From Phoronis australis (lineage: Eukaryota; Animalia; Phoronida), in the NCBI GenBank assembly GCA_002633005.1, contig NMRA01000349.1, positions 341,964 to 405,963 of the forward strand: a stretch of 64,000 nucleotides of DNA. Direction: 5' to 3'. Made by a program: the position numbers and the translations under genes. Below, piece by piece: positions 58,886-64,000 of the stretch (within the stretch, counting starts at the first letter, position 1; each line of letters starts with the position of its first letter). Below the pieces are notes generated by a model that saw only the letters and a list, made by a program, of their open reading frames with translations, had not been told where the DNA came from and searched no databases.

Positions 58886-61800
58886 TTAGTTGTTATTTAT
58901 TGAAGTACAATTCTTTAAAGAGAAGAGAAAATATCAAGCAAACAGGTCTAGTCATTGAATACTCATTAAGATACTCGAGACAATTTATTACNAGAGTATG
59001 TAAGTCAGTTAAGAACTGCTTGCTTAAAGTTATACAGTTGTATCCCGTTTGTGCTTCTCTGTGAGTCACCTTGAGCTTCTACACACCTATGGCACAGGGT
59101 GTAGGTACATGGTCGGATGCCATCAGTGACCCCGTACTATTGAAGATGTTCTGCGGAGGCACCTCTTTCACGTTAAGTCTGTTAGAGATATGAATTTAGT
59201 GCAGTCAAATGGTTTTGCAAAGTGCTTGGTTTGTGAAGATCACTCATTTTGTACTACAAGACCTGTGGCCACTGTACTGAAAATGTTGATTTGGTTACGG
59301 CGAACTTCAGTTACAAAGAACGTTCTAGAAAAGTCCCCGGACGATTTGCTGTAATGCTATTCAACTAAACAGATATGATGCGCAAAGTCATGTGGACAGT
59401 AAAGCTTGATTGTGTGCTATTTACACCAGTTTGTTGGCTTTTCTTCTATGTAAATCTTGGCTACGTTAATTATAACCAATTACAAGGAAAATTGTAGATT
59501 TATATAGAGTCGCATAATTGCTGGCTAAATATTCCGATAGCTGATGATTACTGTACAATTACAAGGCTCTGTGATCTCGATTGGAAATTACTGTCATTGT
59601 GCGCGTGCTATTGACTATGGTCAACTAGGCCTAACGTCTGAAGTTTAGGGGCAAACCGAGGGAAACTTTCAGTCAGATGCTCGTTCACACGCGAATGTGA
59701 AAATAATCAATATGGTGGATCAAATGGAGAGACATAAGTATGGTGGAGCAAATCAACGGACATAAGGATGTCGACTTGAATACGCATAGGTGCGGTGAGA
59801 GATGAGATTTCAATAACTGGGCCTGTTATACTTGTAGCTTCATTCTGCCAGTTTAGCTGAAAAAAAGCACAAGCAGTCGGATGTCTTTTGTGGCATGCAG
59901 GCCATATGGTTAAGCGCATTGCACGAAAACAACTGAACTAAACTCATGAGAGCCCTGTTAACAGTCAACAGGTTCTTCTTAAGTCTGTTTTTACACAATG
60001 TTAGAAAATAGACAGAATTTTCCACTTGTTGCTGTGCACACTATATGCTGTAGGCATGTATCGGTGCCATCCAGGTGTGTGCTCCGTAGCCTGTGAAAAT
60101 ACTTTAATAGGTGTTGTGGTATGTCAACGTCAGTACCACACTCAGGGCACATTGGGCTACCCATATGCCCCATGATGTGCCTGTGTCAGCCTGGCTTGTT
60201 AAAATTTGAATGGTACGTCTTATGCCCACTCAAGACTCGGGGGTTTTTCAACGTTTTGGTTTGATCATATTTGGAAAGTCCTCCTTGGTTTTTCTGTAGG
60301 AGTTATGTCCCTTGGGCTGCTGGCCGGGTACATATCCAACTGTGTACACTCAACCATAAGCTAGCAGGATAGCAGATTCAGGTACGTTATGTAGAGCAAA
60401 ATAGGGTCCTAGTATCACAGTATGCCATATTAGGACAATTTTATGAGAGTAAAAGGTCCAGTCATATTTTAATTTTTAGCCACTAAACTGGGCGAAGTGC
60501 AGCATTATTATGCATATATAGCAAATATGATGTAACATAATCATGAACATGTAATTTATTCAATATTTATGCGCCCACATATTTATATGTGGACGCATTA
60601 TGCCGTCATTTCCGTCCGTCTGTCCGGGCGACGTCCGTCCGGCGTCCGCTGCTCTATCTCCAAAACCCTTTGACTTACGTTCATGAAATTTGGCACATAT
60701 GTTCCATTTATGAATGGGACGGCATGAGCGAAGTAGTGGCAATTTCATTTCATTCTGTTTTCCTTTGTTTCTGTGAAGTTCCTTGACAGATTTTTATGAA
60801 ATATGGCACGTTCCTGTTTATGAATGGATTGTATGTTTTTGCGCCATCTAGTGGCCATTTTTATGATACAAATAAATAACCCTAAAAGCACACCATTTGC
60901 AATGCATTCGTGGGCGCACTTCAATGCTCCGCGTTGCTCTTGTGTTTCTATTAAGTTGTCGTCAGAGAAACTGCAGTCGACTTAATTGAAAAGAGAACCG
61001 TGAAATCGGGCATTGTGTTCAATGTCAAACTAGACATTACTCAAGAAATAAGGCTATGAAATTATGCGCTAGAGATAAATGTACATTTGCTATAGATTAC
61101 CCTAGAAACAAGGCTGTGATTTGTTCTCTTTATATCCATTCATCATTAGAAAATGGCGTGAAAGATGCTGTACATATCTGTATGAACCATTGGTGTTGTG
61201 AAATGTGCAATAAATTAGTTGTTATTTATTGAAGTACAATTCTTTAAAGAGAAGAGAAAATATCAAGCAAACAGGTCTAGTCATTGAATACTCATTAAGA
61301 TACTCGAGACAATTTATTACTACTTGATTGTTGGGGTGTCATTCAAATAAAATACTCCCTGAAATTGCATAACAATGGCACTGTCAAAGAAGGGTCCTAA
61401 ATAGGCCTCAATACTGTTGAAAATGGCACACAAGTCATCAGGAGAGTTTCATTAAGTAAAACAAAATAAAATCAACATGCTGCCACACAAACAAGGATCT
61501 GTTTATAAGAAAATCTATGTTTTGCTGCACACTTGCTCAAACTACCAATATCATCTGTATTTGTTCTTGGTAACTCGCAACATCTTTCAAAAGATTTCAG
61601 CACACCATGTGGGGAGTAACTTTAAAAGGATACAAAACCCAGTTATGGCCTATTCAGGCTTGGAATTTTCCTCTTTTAACAAGATTTCCACTGTTTTGGT
61701 TTTGATTTCCTATTATTTGACTTCAAGTTTCCTCTATTTTCGGCTCTTTTCTTATTATTTTGACTTAATTCACGCAAAAAATATTTGTATGACTCAAGTC

Positions 61801-62565
61801 TTAATTGTGAACGATACACCACCTGTAAAATTTTCCTCTTTTTTGTAATTGGTCATTCCAAGCCCTGTAACAGATACAATTACATGCAGAAATACGACTT
61901 TCCTATCCAGTTCTCTGAAACAATAATGATTCGTAACTCTCGACAACCTTCAAAACTTAGGAGGAAACTGAAAACTCCTTTCAAAGTCTGCTGCAAGAGC
62001 AAGCACCAATGACCTACGCTTTAAGCAAATTACACGGCAACTGTGGGAAATGACCACCAACCAAGGACAATAATATCCAATTACTGAGATAGGCAGGATG
62101 AGTTTTTAGTCTATTCCTGTCTTGAACTTGCAAGATTGACGCCAATGATGCATTTAGCAGGTGATAGAACAAGGATTGCCTGAAATTGTCAAAATATAGT
62201 TTGGTATCCTTTTAAAGAAAGTTATTGCACAGTTTGTTACCTCAAAGGAGGAAATTAAATATTAAAATAATCATGATTAAAAAGAATTCTTAACAAATTG
62301 CAGCAGAACTCATCTCTAAACATGTTCATTACCGTATAACTCAAGGCTGACTGAAATTTCATGTCAACAAAGAGATTTACGGGGATTTGTTTCGCGAAAG
62401 TGACTCGAGACGTGCCAGAAAATGGTCATCAAGCTCCACACACTTACTTTTGAAAAATAATTTAATTCAACTTCAGCAAGAGTCTTAAAGAACATATACA
62501 GAGAACTTTGATAACTTTTATAAACTATTGTTTGACTGTCATGCTCTCGTAATTGTCCTACCACC

Positions 62566-62730
62566 AGGAATTTGAGTGACGGCTTAACTGGCCAATCAAA
62601 ATGCAGCATTCTTGACACACCTTTGTTTTTAAGCCGCCATTTTACTCGACAAAAAAACATGTTGCTGGGTAAACTTATTGTTTGTTTGCCAACAATTCGC
62701 AAGGAGGCGGAGCTTGCGATAGGTCAATTA
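62566..62730. repeat. Dispersed repeat (copy of 9499-9663)
   Basis: Colinear similarity with 9499-9663. Confidence 0.75.
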
Positions 62731-63243
62731 CCCACCTAAACCTTTCAGCAACTGTGAAGTGGAAGTGAGGTCAAACTTCCATCAGAAGTCTCAAGTCACT
62801 ATCATGAGAGCCATGGATCTGACTAGTTATTTCCTGCAATGATGTGCGTATCATTAAAAATCAAAATAGTAAATATAATTTTGTGTAAATACTTCACAAG
62901 CACCAATTGATGTTAAATCACATTATCACTGAGCAACACTAAATGATGTACTAGATTTTAAGATCCAACTCGCAGACAAATATTATTAAGTAATCGAACA
63001 AAGTTGGCGTTTCCCCATGGCAACGGCAAATTTTGTAAACATAAAAAATGACCGGGTAAAAGTCTAATTAGAGTGTGGCTTAGCCACCTGACTAACTTTA
63101 CTGTTCGTGTCTCCTCATTTTCATTTGTGAGGGAAAAGTACTCCGACAATGAATTCAGCTTATGCCCAGTTGTCATGACGGGCCAAATTAAAGGTAATTT
63201 TGGCTTGTGCTGCATAAACCTCAAATAACCCGTTTAACCGACA

Positions 63244-64000
63244 TCACAACTGATTTAACCATCGATCATGTCTCGTGGGCCATCCGCGAGGTCCCCCAAG
63301 CAAATCTTTGTCGTAAATAATCCTATGCTGTTGAGTATTAATTTTTTTCCCAACAATATCTAAAATACCCGATTCAATCTCACTGAAATATTTTCTTGGC
63401 GTATAACCGTCTCTCACTGAGCGACAAACGGTGACCATAGAGGGCATTGGAAAGTTGGAATGATGAATGATTTTATCCAGAAGTGACAAGCGTTCAGCTA
63501 CTTCCTCTTTCGAAGGCGAGTGGAATATCACAGCGGTATCATTAGGTCGGTTGAAACCCTTACATACTTGGAAGAGTCTATCCATGCCGAGTTCTTCACC
63601 GTGAAGTGACTTGGGAGTTGTGGTTGAACAAAACCCTACACGAATTAAAGTCCTCAGTTGCTGCTCTGTCATCTTCATCAAGACACTGGCTATGCTGTTC
63701 AGTAGGTATGCCGTCCCCTTTTCGCCTCGACGAAAGATGCCTAGCTTTTGCGTTCTGTGCTTTTTTATGACAATTAAATTGATCATATTTGAAATTTTGT
63801 CCTTAACACATTTCCTTTGCTTGTGGCAAGACGTCAGCACCACTCTGACAACGTTGGCCATCATTCTGTCAGCGATCTCTTCCTCCTGTGTAGTTTTAAC
63901 CTCAAACACCAACTCCAAGTACGCATCCATCAGGACTATGGAATTCCACTCAATGCCAAGGTCAATCAGAGTGCTAGAGCTGCTCTCCACGCCGAAGTAA
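63244..64000 (-). CDS. 3' part (last coding exon, open at the window edge) of a UPF0489/C5orf22-like protein
   Basis: An uninterrupted frame of more than 250 codons runs from the window edge (YFGVES...) to TGA. The C-terminal segment FHSPSKEEV...PMPSMVTVCRSVRDGYTPRKYFSEIESGIL resembles the HHVSTEQEI...PNPTLVTIARSSLDDYCP...IQEKVL region of C5orf22, and YFGV resembles its DLDFFSV motif. Recalled from memory, not searched. Confidence 0.65.
   Translation of the reverse strand, partial: YFGVESSSSTLIDLGIEWNSIVLMDAYLELVFEVKTTQEEEIADRMMANVVRVVLTSCHKQRKCVKDKISNMINLIVIKKHRTQKLGIFRRGEKGTAYLLNSIASVLMKMTEQQLRTLIRVGFCSTTTPKSLHGEELGMDRLFQVCKGFNRPNDTAVIFHSPSKEEVAERLSLLDKIIHHSNFPMPSMVTVCRSVRDGYTPRKYFSEIESGILDIVGKKINTQQHRIIYDKDLLGGPRGWPTRHDRWLNQL

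Larger units (their letters stand above)
56615..61320. repeat. ~2.3-kb direct tandem duplication (56615-58991 and 58993-61320) joined by a single N; probable uncollapsed allelic overlap
   Basis: Both copies start AGAGTATGTAAGTCAGTTAAG and end GAGACAATTTATTAC. They differ by scattered substitutions and small indels, and the junction is the N at 58992. Confidence 0.95.

Noticed and set aside
63611-64000. 129-aa + strand ORF
   Set aside because: Antisense shadow of the longer minus-strand UPF0489-like ORF.

Overview
This is AT-rich, repeat-rich metazoan (invertebrate-type) genomic DNA, so most short ORFs in the supplied track are noise. Most of the window is one 14-exon, + strand gene for a catalytically intact myotubularin of the MTMR6/7/8 subfamily. 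Its CDS runs from 4637 to 56007 and totals 2178 nt (725 aa), reconstructed by hand with consistent splice phases. The protein has PH-GRAM, a phosphatase domain with HCSDGWDRT, a coiled coil and a non-canonical C-terminal FYVE finger. The left edge holds the start of a probable THAP-domain ORF (- strand). The right edge holds the 3' part of a convergent UPF0489/C5orf22-like gene. Introns carry hAT-like non-autonomous elements, MITEs, tRNA-derived SINE-like repeats, an inverted pair of Penelope-like GIY-YIG fragments and minisatellites. Notable observations: (1) tandem arrays built from the gene's own splice junctions, including 11 x 81-bp copies of the acceptor plus start of the catalytic exon; (2) a phase-compatible alternative first exon in intron 3 that would give an isoform lacking PH-GRAM; (3) a perfect 97-bp palindrome present in only one of two copies of a 2.3-kb duplicated segment, which is probably uncollapsed haplotypes. 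No prokaryote-type systems (CRISPR, operons) are present.
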